A DNA stretch of 55,205 nt from a virus (IMGVR_UViG_3300009509_000033:1-55205), one strand, 5' to 3'. Counted from the first letter of the stretch, positions 17,859 through 27,473 are shown. Notes: generated by a model from the sequence alone, not told the origin. Numbers and translations are program-made.

Positions 17859-18661
17859 AACAGAAGACGGCGAAGACCAGGTTCGAGATGCTCGACCCTG
17901 GACTGTTCGATCCGAACCCATGGAACCCGAACACCATGGACCAGGACGACTACAACCGCCTCGTGCGTGAGATCGACGAGGTTGGTTTCATCGTCCCGGT
18001 CCAGGCGGTCCCAATCGAGGGCGGACGCTATCGGCTCATCGGTGGGGAGCATCGAATCGACGCCGCGAAAGACCTCCTCTTGAAGGAGGTTCCGGCGATG
18101 GTGCTGGACGGCCCTCGCTGGCAGGACGAGGAGCTACAGCAACTCGTCACGGTGCGCCTGAACGTGCTGAACGGGAAGATGAATCCCGAGAAGATGGCGA
18201 TCCTCTACAACCGCTACGCGAAGAAGTACGGGGAGGACGCTCTCCAGAACCTCTTCGCCTATACGGACAAGCACGCCTGGGACAAGCTGGTGAGCGGGAT
18301 CAAGCGCGGGCTATCGAAGGCAGCGCTCCCGAAAGAGAAGCAGAAGGAGTTTGCGGATCGGGCGAAGGAGGCCAAGACCCTCCAAGACCTCGAACGCATC
18401 CTGAATGAGCTGTGGTCCAGCTACGGCGACACGGTGAACCTCTCCTTCATGATCTTCACCTACGGCAAGCGAGAGCACTTCTACGTGGCCATGGACAAGA
18501 AGACCAGGGAAGCGGTCAAGCGCATCGGCGCGCACTGCAAGGGCCTCGCGAAGGACATCAACACGGTCCTCGGTCCGGCTCTCCAGGCCCTCGCTGACGT
18601 CCTCGACAAGTCCGATTCGGAGCCGAAGCAACAGCCCGAGCAGGATGACGTTGGCTTCTGA
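17855..18661 (+). CDS. second ParB/Srx-domain protein
   Basis: PNPWNPNTM, EIDEVGFIVPV, YRLIGGEHR; ATG at 17855; ends DDVGF. Confidence 0.8.
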   Translation: MKQKTAKTRFEMLDPGLFDPNPWNPNTMDQDDYNRLVREIDEVGFIVPVQAVPIEGGRYRLIGGEHRIDAAKDLLLKEVPAMVLDGPRWQDEELQQLVTVRLNVLNGKMNPEKMAILYNRYAKKYGEDALQNLFAYTDKHAWDKLVSGIKRGLSKAALPKEKQKEFADRAKEAKTLQDLERILNELWSSYGDTVNLSFMIFTYGKREHFYVAMDKKTREAVKRIGAHCKGLAKDINTVLGPALQALADVLDKSDSEPKQQPEQDDVGF

Positions 18662-18701
18662 CCTGTGGTACTCATAAACTCGACCTAGATCGGTCGGGTA
18701 G

Positions 18702-21700
18702 GTGGCCATGGGTATGATGAGCGAGACCATCTCGAATCGGGCTCGACCTCTCTGGGAGGCGCAGCAAGAGCCAGACCCGGAGAAGTTCGTTCCCGTCTTC
18801 TCTTGGGACAGCAAGCACGTGTGGGTGTGGGTGAAGAAGCCGGGCGGGAAGGTCGTCGGCCCGGTAGAGGTCCCGCACGATCAGGTGCACAAATACAAGG
18901 GAAAGCTCGGTTGGCTGGCGAAGAAGACCGAGTACACCGCGCTCCTCGACCCCGGCTGGTACGCCGGAGTGGAAGACCTTTACCCCGCGACGTGGAAGCC
19001 GGGGGACTCGCTCGCCATCGGCCAGCTCCCATCTGAAAAGATCACGGCAGCGTTCAAGCCCTTCACCGTCACTCCGGAGAAGGCCGCGAAGAAGCCGAAG
19101 ACGATCCCTCCCGAGTTCACTCTGACCGGCAAGAAAGACCCCCACGGGTACCAGACGGTCGAGGATGAGGCGACCGGAGAGGAGTATTCCCTTCTCCCCG
19201 ACGACAAGATCGGCCAGTGGACTCCAGAGGAAGGCGTCTACTACATCGCGAAGAAGTTGCCTGGAGAGGATTGGGCGGTCCACCTCGACTCGCCGGTCTA
19301 CAAGCCGCACGAGTTGGAACCGAAGACGTCTCTGCCGCCTATGGACCCTCCCAAGGACTTCGAGCTACCCCCCAACTACACGATCAAGAAAGTCGCGCCG
19401 TCCTATGTCCTCGCCACGACCCCGGACGGCACGGACGTGAAGTGGATCAAGGCGACGGACCACTGGGTTCACGCCGACGACCCCACCAAGGAGCACGAGC
19501 CTCTTCAAGCGGCAGTTCCGAAGGTGAAGAAGTACCCGAAGGTGCCGAAGAAGAAGGCGGCCCCAAAGGCACCTCCAGCCGGCAAGCCATCGACTCCGAA
19601 GCCGGAGGAGAAGAAGGTCGTCTCGAAGACGGCGGAACCTGCTCCGCACATGACCAAGTACCTGGGGCAGGTGGACGACAACGGGCTTCCGCTTGTCGAT
19701 GAGGTCCCAGAGGGAGATTACGAGGAGGAGGAGGTCGCGAAGGGCCTCACCTTGCTTCCCGACGATCGGGTGGCCCGGTGGAGGCCGACCGAGGGCGTCT
19801 ATCTCATCTACGACTACGACCCCTACTTCGGCTTCATGTTCTCCAAGAGCGGTGAGACGGTCACGCCTGACGAGGCCAAGCAACTCATGGCCGCGCTGCA
19901 TCTCACGGTGCACGCTGGTCGGTATCACAAGTACGACGTGGCCGGGGCGGAGGCTCCTCAGCCGACAACGTACAGCGCCCCTCTCCCGGACCACTGCAAG
20001 TCCATCTCGGGCACGGATGTGAACGGCCTGCCCATGGTGCTGACGGTTCCGGAGGACCCCTACGATGAGGCTCACAAGCTCACTGTATTCCCGAACGCTC
20101 GCGTGGGCAGGTGGGACTCGCTCTCGAAGAAGTACCTGTACTGGGAGTGGCGAGAGATCCTCGGGGACTACAACTACTACCCGACGCATCCGGCCGAGTA
20201 CGTCTCCTTGAAGGAGATCCAGAAGATGCAAGCTCAGGCCGGCGGGGGGCCGGTTCCGGCGCCGGCTCCGGCGGTGATCACAGGGCTGATATGGCCCACG
20301 AAGCAGAAGCCGAAGCCGAAGGTCAGCAAGCCGAACGCTCCTCCCCCGAGCCCAAGCACGACGGCGGCAAAGCCTCCTCCCGTTCCCGCGAAGCCTCCAG
20401 TGCTCGCTGGCGCTCTGAAGCCGACAGGGAAGGACGACCCGCTCGGCTACCACATCGGCTCCTACAAGGGCAGCACCTACTCCATGCTGCCGGACAAGAA
20501 GGTCGGTGTCTGGTCTGCCGTGAGCGGGGCCTACATCCTCTACGACTACGACCCTCTTGGGGACGCCTTCTTCAACACCGGCTACACCTGGACGCCTCCA
20601 GGGAAGCACAAGGCGCTGGCCTACGTGTCGCTTGTCGGGCTCGACCACGCCCAGTTGGAGGACAGCACCGGGAAGAGTGTGGTCGTCCTCGCGAATGGGA
20701 AGTTTGCTCGACACGAGAAGGGGGCGTGGTTCGCCTACAAGGTGGACCCGGCGCAGGGGAAGAAGTTCGTTCCCACTGGCGAGGAGATCAGCTCCGAGAC
20801 GATGGCGGCCATCGCCAAGACGCCGAGCTACAAGACGATGAAGCCGACGGGCGAGGTCGATGAGAATGGCCTCCCCACCTACAAGATCGTCAAGGGTCCC
20901 ACGAAGGGGAAGGTCTTCACGATGCTCCCAACCGGGAGCCTCGCGCACTACAACCCGAAGTCCAAGTCCTACCGCCTCATGTCTTTCGACCCCGACATCG
21001 AGGGGTGGGAGCTGTCCTGGCCCAAGGAGACGTTCACCCTCAACGACATCAACGCGATGTACCTGAAGGTTGGCTCCGAGCCGATGGAGCCGAAGGAGAC
21101 GGCCCCGACCGAGAAGCCCGCTCCGAAGGTTCCGACGGAGCCGCAGACCCCGGTGTTCGTCACGCCTCAAGGAAAGCTCCCGGACCCCAAGACGCTCAAA
21201 GACCTGGGAGGTGTGGGGCTGTTGGGGGCAGGACCGGACAAGACGGTTCTCCAGGACCCGAAGACAGGGCAGCGCTACCTCTTCAAGCCGGCCCTTCCGA
21301 AGGGCGGAGCGAAGGTCGTGCAGCCCTACAAGGCGAAGTCGCAAGAGGGCTTCGCGGCAGTCGCGGCCCTTGTCCGTCCGGATGCCCACGTCCCAGTCGA
21401 GACCGTCACTCACAATGGGAAGTTGGGAACGATCCAGCCGATGCTGGACCTGGACCCGAACCAGCCGGACCTGAACGGCGTGAACCCGGCAGACCTCACG
21501 GATCAGCAGAAGCTCGACGTGGCCGATGAGCACCTCCTTGACTGGCTCATGTCGCAGCACGACTCGTTCGCTTCAAACTTCGTGATCACGAAGGAGGGGC
21601 GCGTCGTCGGCATCGACAAGGAGCAGGGCTGGAGGTACGTCAACGACCCGAAGTACCCAGACAGGTTGGCCACGGACTACAAGCCCAACTCGGAGATCTA

Positions 21701-23750
21701 CGGGGAGCAGGAGCCCTACTACAACAAGTTCTGGAAAGCCTTCGCGGCCGGGAAGATGGACTTCGATCCGACCCAGATGGCTCCGGCTCTGTCTCGTGTC
21801 GAGGCGATGGACCCGCTCGTGCTGGAGAAGGCACTCTCGGAGTACGCTGACACGGTGAAGCGGATGCAGGGGCCGGCGAAGGCATATGACCGCTACGCCT
21901 TCATGAAGCAGATGCTCAGCCGCAAGAACACCCTCCGGTACGACTTCGAGAAGTTCATCACGGAGCAGTACGAGAAGCGGACCGGGAAGAAGGGCGTGTT
22001 CACCTTCAAGGCCGGGTGGAAGCCGGAGGGGGTCGAGGAAGGGCCGAAGTACGAGACCATCTCTCAGTCGGCCCGGGACTGGGCTCTGAAGGAGTTTGGT
22101 CCGAAGGCCCTGAAGCCTCACAAGGACTTCCCGGAGCTGATCCTCGTGCGCGTGCAAAACGACGAGCCGATCACAAAGGTGCAGGAGTTCCTGAGCAAGA
22201 TGGGCGTCGAACCGGCAACGACGGACCCGGACGGGAACCCGCTTCCCATGAACCCGATCCTCGGCTCCAACTACAACAGCGTCATCGTGAAGGTGTCCGA
22301 CCTGGAGAAGGTGGTCAAGCGCAAGGTCGAGATCAAGAAGGACCCGGGGCAGAAGTACGCCGACCACACTGGGGTTCCGACCTACCAGGCACAGGTTCTC
22401 GCGCCCCCGGACGCGCCTGGGAACGTGGACGGCCTCGCGACGGCGCACAAGGAGCACCTCGGCCCGCTCGGGAAGGACTTCACGCTCGACTCGGATGCCG
22501 TGGAGCAGCAGACGGCCTCGGTCCAGCGAGTCATCGGCCAGGACGGAGAGACCTACTACCGGGCTCACTTCAAACTCCGCCGGCCGTACTGGGAGCCGCT
22601 GGTTCACACGGGCAAGTCCGGGACCTTCACGTGGCCGCTCGGGGCCTACGAGCCGGACAAGGACGCGCTCGTGATCAGCAGCTACCAATCGGGAGCCCAC
22701 TCTGAGCCAGCTCGCGTCTTCAAGTCCGGCAAGGACGAACTCTACCTCATCACGGGCGAGACGAACTGGGCGTTCATGGGATCGGTCTACGTGCTCATCC
22801 GATCTGGCGAGGGGAAGGTCAAGGCGGCCCTCACGAAGCTGTTGAAGGAGCTGGGTCTCGACAAGAAGGTGCTGACAGACCCGACGTCGGAGGACATCCG
22901 GCTCTACAACCTCACGCAGGCCCTCTGGTACCTCTCACCGAAGGCGCACAAAGAGCTGGCCGACTCAGGGGACCTCACGCTCGATGCCGTGACCAAGCGG
23001 TTGAAGGGGCGCCTCACCAAGGAGGAGATGGAGGGGATTCGCCAGGTGACCGGCACGGTGGGACGCGGGTCCGCGATGGTTCCTGGTCTCTGGAGAAAAC
23101 TCGGAGGAGGGACCCCGGAGAAGCCGGTCATCCGCTTCGTGTTCTGGAACGTCCGAACGACGAGCGTCCCGAAGATCCTTCGCTCGGCTGCCACAGGCGT
23201 TCACGAGCGGGTCCGAATGGGGCTGCCGGGCGGGGCGACGGGGCACGGGGCGTCGGAGGAGCAGGACATGGCGACGGGTGGCGCCGATACGACCACGATG
23301 CGTATCTCGACAGCGCAGGCCGGCAATGTGCCGATCAGCGTCGTTGGGAACATCCATCGGGAGGTGCGGATCATCATCGCTCCTGAGCTACTCGATCGTC
23401 TGGACATCTCGCTGGCGACTGGTGACGCCTTCGGGTGCCAACGCTACTCTGGGTACAAGAGCGAATACTTCCGTCAACGCCAGGGCATGAGCAACGCGAT
23501 CAAGACCTTCGATGGAGGTGGGGCGTCCACGCATAAAGGCAACACCGAGATTCAGATCCGACGTGGTGTCCCACCGAATCTGATCAAGAGGGTGTGCACG
23601 ACGTCCGAGCACCACCGCAAGGAGGTGCTGGCGAACTGCGAGAAGGTCGGCATCACGGAGCACAACAAGGTGCCCATCGAAGATTTCGTCGTGGTTGAGG
23701 ACAACGCCGGGACCATCTATAATAAGTACATAAAGCCTTTGGGGTACTGA
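18702..23750 (+). CDS. 1682-aa multidomain (polyvalent-type) protein: about six beta-rich repeats, a HipA/PI3K-like kinase fold and a possible C-terminal ADP-ribosyltransferase-like domain
   Basis: repeat G..D.NG.P...LLP...V..W....G.Y; kinase motifs YLFKP, DWLMSQHDSFASNF, GIDKE; C-terminal SEEQDMATGGAD and NTEIQIRRGV. Confidence 0.7.
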   Translation: MAMGMMSETISNRARPLWEAQQEPDPEKFVPVFSWDSKHVWVWVKKPGGKVVGPVEVPHDQVHKYKGKLGWLAKKTEYTALLDPGWYAGVEDLYPATWKPGDSLAIGQLPSEKITAAFKPFTVTPEKAAKKPKTIPPEFTLTGKKDPHGYQTVEDEATGEEYSLLPDDKIGQWTPEEGVYYIAKKLPGEDWAVHLDSPVYKPHELEPKTSLPPMDPPKDFELPPNYTIKKVAPSYVLATTPDGTDVKWIKATDHWVHADDPTKEHEPLQAAVPKVKKYPKVPKKKAAPKAPPAGKPSTPKPEEKKVVSKTAEPAPHMTKYLGQVDDNGLPLVDEVPEGDYEEEEVAKGLTLLPDDRVARWRPTEGVYLIYDYDPYFGFMFSKSGETVTPDEAKQLMAALHLTVHAGRYHKYDVAGAEAPQPTTYSAPLPDHCKSISGTDVNGLPMVLTVPEDPYDEAHKLTVFPNARVGRWDSLSKKYLYWEWREILGDYNYYPTHPAEYVSLKEIQKMQAQAGGGPVPAPAPAVITGLIWPTKQKPKPKVSKPNAPPPSPSTTAAKPPPVPAKPPVLAGALKPTGKDDPLGYHIGSYKGSTYSMLPDKKVGVWSAVSGAYILYDYDPLGDAFFNTGYTWTPPGKHKALAYVSLVGLDHAQLEDSTGKSVVVLANGKFARHEKGAWFAYKVDPAQGKKFVPTGEEISSETMAAIAKTPSYKTMKPTGEVDENGLPTYKIVKGPTKGKVFTMLPTGSLAHYNPKSKSYRLMSFDPDIEGWELSWPKETFTLNDINAMYLKVGSEPMEPKETAPTEKPAPKVPTEPQTPVFVTPQGKLPDPKTLKDLGGVGLLGAGPDKTVLQDPKTGQRYLFKPALPKGGAKVVQPYKAKSQEGFAAVAALVRPDAHVPVETVTHNGKLGTIQPMLDLDPNQPDLNGVNPADLTDQQKLDVADEHLLDWLMSQHDSFASNFVITKEGRVVGIDKEQGWRYVNDPKYPDRLATDYKPNSEIYGEQEPYYNKFWKAFAAGKMDFDPTQMAPALSRVEAMDPLVLEKALSEYADTVKRMQGPAKAYDRYAFMKQMLSRKNTLRYDFEKFITEQYEKRTGKKGVFTFKAGWKPEGVEEGPKYETISQSARDWALKEFGPKALKPHKDFPELILVRVQNDEPITKVQEFLSKMGVEPATTDPDGNPLPMNPILGSNYNSVIVKVSDLEKVVKRKVEIKKDPGQKYADHTGVPTYQAQVLAPPDAPGNVDGLATAHKEHLGPLGKDFTLDSDAVEQQTASVQRVIGQDGETYYRAHFKLRRPYWEPLVHTGKSGTFTWPLGAYEPDKDALVISSYQSGAHSEPARVFKSGKDELYLITGETNWAFMGSVYVLIRSGEGKVKAALTKLLKELGLDKKVLTDPTSEDIRLYNLTQALWYLSPKAHKELADSGDLTLDAVTKRLKGRLTKEEMEGIRQVTGTVGRGSAMVPGLWRKLGGGTPEKPVIRFVFWNVRTTSVPKILRSAATGVHERVRMGLPGGATGHGASEEQDMATGGADTTTMRISTAQAGNVPISVVGNIHREVRIIIAPELLDRLDISLATGDAFGCQRYSGYKSEYFRQRQGMSNAIKTFDGGGASTHKGNTEIQIRRGVPPNLIKRVCTTSEHHRKEVLANCEKVGITEHNKVPIEDFVVVEDNAGTIYNKYIKPLGY

Positions 23751-24157
23751 TGATTCCGTTCAACCGCGTCTACCGCATGAAACCCTACGGTTCAGACATC
23801 TGGACCGTCGTGATGGGGCTGACGCCGTACCCAGATGGAAGCGGGCTGTGGATGGCCGTCGCGAGTGAGGCGAAGCCGGCCACGACCGTCCTCGGGAAGG
23901 TGTTCGAGGGCGACGATGGCCGGGTTGTCGTCGTCGGGAAATACGATCGCTGCCTCTTCGAGCCGCTGACGCTGAGCCGGTTCGACGAGATGCGAGACAG
24001 CATCTCCGGCTTCGATGCGATCCGTGGGGCGTTCACGACGGACGACTTCCTCCAGTCCTGGTACTGGGACGAGTTCGCCCACAATGGAGAGGGCGACCCT
24101 CTCGATCAAGCGGACATCGCTCGCAGACTGGCGGCGCAGGTCCAACCCACCGAGTAG
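23750..24157 (+). CDS. small acidic protein translationally coupled to the 1682-aa gene
   Basis: TGATG overlap; 135 aa. Confidence 0.7.
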   Translation: MIPFNRVYRMKPYGSDIWTVVMGLTPYPDGSGLWMAVASEAKPATTVLGKVFEGDDGRVVVVGKYDRCLFEPLTLSRFDEMRDSISGFDAIRGAFTTDDFLQSWYWDEFAHNGEGDPLDQADIARRLAAQVQPTE

Positions 24158-24186
24158 CTGTGCAAGACCGATCGTTGGTAGCTGTC

Positions 24187-24412
24187 GTCCCGTCTCCGAG
24201 AGTCTCGTCGGAGGAGTTTGTCGGCATCCTCGCCGACAACGGGATCGAGGCATCCATCCTCGGCCGAGGTGTGGCGACGGTGACCACGCCGCTCGGTCAA
24301 AATAGGGTTGCGGGCGTGCTGGTAGTTGCTATCCTGTCCCCCGATCTGCGGCGCTCGAAAGCGCACGCGAGACTCTGCGGGGTATCTCTCGCCCCTCTCG
24401 AAATTGAGGGGT
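24187..24412 (+). ncRNA. candidate multi-stem structured RNA
   Basis: at least seven contiguous stems found by eye; G-U pairs favour the + strand. Confidence 0.45.
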
Positions 24413-24430
24413 GCACATCAAGAGCAAACG

Positions 24431-24439
24431 TGATATAGT
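24431..24439 (+). promoter_or_regulatory. extended -10 promoter
   Basis: TGATATAGT upstream of the 24491 gene. Confidence 0.5.
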
Positions 24440-24490
24440 CCCCCCATGGATGTTGGGAGTGATCGCTCCCATGGATAAGGAGATCGGACG

Positions 24491-24967
24491 ATGGCTGACG
24501 AATCCAAGGTTGCTGGTGTGGCTGAGGCGGTGAAGGCGGCGAAGGGGAAGACCGCGAAGAAGCGCGGCACCAAGACCAAGGCGAAGCCGCACAAGACCCC
24601 CGTCCCGCGCAAGCGCAAGGGCGCCAAGACCTCCAAGCCGAAGGCACCTCCCAAGACGACGGCCGAGAAGACGACCCCCACGAGCGGGCAGAGCGGTCCT
24701 CCCTTGGAGCTTTCCGTTGAGGGGCTCAACACGAAGGAGGCCAAGATCTTCGAGGCCCTGAACGGCACCGGCTCCGGTGTTCGCGAGATCATCTCGATCG
24801 AAGACCTCGCCTCGACCTGCTTCAAGTCGCGCGGGAAGAAGCAGGCCAACTCGTGGGTCCGGAACTCGCTTCGCCGGCTCGTGCAGGGTGGTCTCGTCGA
24901 GAAGGTCGAGCGGGGCAAGTACCGCGTCTCCGAGGCCGGCAGGAAGAAGCTGGCTCGCGCGGCGTAG
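24491..24967 (+). CDS. histone H1-like Lys-rich N-terminus plus winged-helix DNA-binding protein
   Basis: AAGGAG RBS; K/A/P-rich N-terminal half; VRNSLRRLVQGGLVEKVERGKYRVSEAG wing. Confidence 0.75.
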   Translation: MADESKVAGVAEAVKAAKGKTAKKRGTKTKAKPHKTPVPRKRKGAKTSKPKAPPKTTAEKTTPTSGQSGPPLELSVEGLNTKEAKIFEALNGTGSGVREIISIEDLASTCFKSRGKKQANSWVRNSLRRLVQGGLVEKVERGKYRVSEAGRKKLARAA

Positions 24968-24970
24968 GTC

Positions 24971-26767
24971 GTGCTCGACTACGACTTCATCACGCGGGCG
25001 GACGACCTCGACCGCATCGCGACGGACGTCCTGCAAGCGGACGTCCTCGGTCTCGACATCGAGACCACGGCCCTCGACCCCCGCTACGGGGACATCCGAC
25101 TCGTCCAGTTGATCGTCCCCGGCGTCGAGAACGACGGCAGGGGCCGCATCTACGTGATCGACCTCTTCGAGACGAAGACCCTCGGCCCTGTCCTCGCAGC
25201 CATGCGCGAGACGAAGGCAATCTTCGTGGTCCACAACGCGAAGTTCGAGCAGAAGTGGTTCTGGTGGAAGTTCCGCTTCCGCATGTGGCCGGTCTTCTGC
25301 ACGTTCCGAGCAAGCGCGATCATCTACAACGGCAAGAAGGGTCTGCGGCACGACCTCGATTCCGTGGTCATCCGCGAAGTGGGTGAGCACCCTGTGAACG
25401 TCGGGCAGGGCGCGTCGGACTGGACCGGGACGCTCAATCAGGCGCAGAAGGACTACGCGGCTGAGGACGTTCTGAGGCTCCTTCGGCTTCGGGTCGCGTT
25501 GAAGAAGAAGCTGACCGAGTACGGGCTGCTCACGACGGCGCTCGTGGAGTTTGGTGTCGTGTTCGCCGAGGGCCGCACCGAGTTGAACGGCTTCGCGCTC
25601 AACAGCAAGAAGTGGACGACGCTCGCCGAGACCAATATGGCGGCTCGGGCGACGGCTCGCGAGGAGCTACTCTACGAGCTACCACATCCCAAGGACCAAC
25701 TCGCGCTTCCGGGGATGGGCGGCAACTGGAACATCGACTCGCCTCAGCAGATGCTCGCCTCGCTCCGTCGGCTCGGGCTGGACATCGACAAGACGCCAGA
25801 GATCGTGCTCGCTCAGCACGCGAGCCGATACCCGCTCGTCAAGAAGGTGCTCGACTATCGGCACATCGCCCAGCGCGTCAAGACGTTCGGAATGACGTTC
25901 CTGCGGCACCTCGACTCGGACGGTCGCATCCACCCCGAGTATTTCGGGCTGCTCGTGACGGGGCGGTACAGCGCGAACAAGTCCATGCAGCAGATCCCGA
26001 GGGCCTACGAGTTCCGCGACTGCTTCGAGGCCCCCGAGGGCCGGAAGCTGGTAGGCGGCGACTACTCCGGGATCGAGATGGTCCTCTGCGCCGAAATCTC
26101 CGGCGATCCGGTTCTCACTGCGGTCTTCGTGAACGGAGAGGACGCGCACCGGGCGACGGCAGCCGTCATCATGGACGTGCCGGTCCACCTCGTGACGAAG
26201 GACCAACGCCAGAACGCGAAGCCAGTGAATTTCGGGTTCATCTACGGAATGATGCCGGAGAAGTTCGTTCTCTACGCGATGGCCAACTACGGCGTCATCG
26301 TCACGCTCTCGCAAGCGAAGAAGTACCGAGAGCGCTACTTCGAGAACTACAAGGGCATCGAGCAGTGGCACCGCCGAGTGCTTCGCGACGGACAGCGGAA
26401 CGGCTTCTCTCGGACGCTGTGCGGGCGCATCCGATACCTCGACCCGAATGAGGCGTTCAACGAGTTCTACAACACCCCAGTGCAAGGGTCCGGCGCCGAT
26501 GCTCTGAAGACCTCCCTCGGGATCGTGCAGGACAACCTGGACAAGCGCTTCGGCATCACCCCGGCGGAAACTCCGGATGGGCCTGTCCCCATCGTCCACC
26601 ACGTGCATGACGAGATCATACTGGAGGCGGACGACGACCACGAGATGATCGCCGAGGCCGAGACGATTCTCCACGACAGCATGAAGGAGGGGATGGAGCG
26701 GTATGTGAAGAAGGTCCCTGTCGTGGTAGACCCGTCGAACGGAAGGTCATGGGCTGAGATACACTGA
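24971..26767 (+). CDS. polA: family A DNA polymerase with 3'-5' exonuclease
   Basis: DIETT, HNAKFE, YAAED; motif A DYSGIE, motif B RQNAKPVNFGFIYG, motif C VHDE. Confidence 0.95.
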   Translation: MLDYDFITRADDLDRIATDVLQADVLGLDIETTALDPRYGDIRLVQLIVPGVENDGRGRIYVIDLFETKTLGPVLAAMRETKAIFVVHNAKFEQKWFWWKFRFRMWPVFCTFRASAIIYNGKKGLRHDLDSVVIREVGEHPVNVGQGASDWTGTLNQAQKDYAAEDVLRLLRLRVALKKKLTEYGLLTTALVEFGVVFAEGRTELNGFALNSKKWTTLAETNMAARATAREELLYELPHPKDQLALPGMGGNWNIDSPQQMLASLRRLGLDIDKTPEIVLAQHASRYPLVKKVLDYRHIAQRVKTFGMTFLRHLDSDGRIHPEYFGLLVTGRYSANKSMQQIPRAYEFRDCFEAPEGRKLVGGDYSGIEMVLCAEISGDPVLTAVFVNGEDAHRATAAVIMDVPVHLVTKDQRQNAKPVNFGFIYGMMPEKFVLYAMANYGVIVTLSQAKKYRERYFENYKGIEQWHRRVLRDGQRNGFSRTLCGRIRYLDPNEAFNEFYNTPVQGSGADALKTSLGIVQDNLDKRFGITPAETPDGPVPIVHHVHDEIILEADDDHEMIAEAETILHDSMKEGMERYVKKVPVVVDPSNGRSWAEIH

Positions 26768-26775
26768 GTTTGCCA

Positions 26776-26804
26776 TTGACTATCCCTTGCCTTGCTGGTA
26801 GTGT
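26776..26804 (+). promoter_or_regulatory. sigma70-like promoter
   Basis: TTGACT-17nt-TAGTGT with TG extension. Confidence 0.7.
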
Positions 26805-26825
26805 CACGACGCTGGGAGGGGAACC

Positions 26826-27473
26826 ATGCCAGAGTTGATCGCGCCTCAATACATCATCCTGGAGTGCCCGGAGAACGCCGCGCTCAGCATCGAGCGCGCG
26901 GCCCGGACCTGCTACAAGAGCGAGGACAAGATCACGGAGGGCTCGGCTGAGAAGATGACCAAGGGGCTCATCGAGCGTGGCCATCACGCGATGGTCGAGT
27001 TCGGCGGGTGGATCGTGGTCAAGTTCTTCTCGAACCGGGGCTTCACGCACGAGTTGGTTCGGCATCGCATCGCCAGCTTCGCGCAGGAGAGCACCCGCTA
27101 CTGCAACTACTCGAAGGGGAAGTTTGGTGGGGCGATCACCTGCATCGACCCGTCGTCCATGCTGGAGATGCGAGTCCAGGACCCGGAGAAACGCGCCGAG
27201 TTCAAGGCGCACCTCATCGAAACGTGGGCCATGTGCGAAGCGAGGTACATGGACCTCGTGGAGAAAGGGTGCCCTGCCGAGATCGCCAGAGAGGGGCTGC
27301 CCATCGGACTGAAGGCCGAGATCGTCATCGGGGCCACGGTCCGGGAGTGGCGGCACATCTTCACGCTGCGCTGCTCCAAGAAGGCTCACCCACGCATGAG
27401 GGAGCTGATGATCCCGTTGCGCGAGGAGCTACGCGAACGCCTGCCGGTCGTGTTCGATGACCTCGGAGAGTAG
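26826..27473 (+). CDS. thyX: FAD-dependent thymidylate synthase
   Basis: AARTCY, GHHAMVEF, ELVRHRIASFAQESTRY signature, HIFTLRC. Confidence 0.95.
   Translation: MPELIAPQYIILECPENAALSIERAARTCYKSEDKITEGSAEKMTKGLIERGHHAMVEFGGWIVVKFFSNRGFTHELVRHRIASFAQESTRYCNYSKGKFGGAITCIDPSSMLEMRVQDPEKRAEFKAHLIETWAMCEARYMDLVEKGCPAEIAREGLPIGLKAEIVIGATVREWRHIFTLRCSKKAHPRMRELMIPLREELRERLPVVFDDLGE

Noticed and set aside
24343-24400. Resemblance to group II intron domain V (GAAAG-CGC-AC-G...TCTG.GGGG)
   Set aside because: The catalytic triad would be AUC rather than AGC/CGC, the region is far too short, and there is no RT ORF.
24160-24438. 92-aa ORF between the partner gene and the histone-like gene
   Set aside because: No RBS, atypical codon usage, and it overlaps dense secondary structure and a -10 box; not fully excluded.
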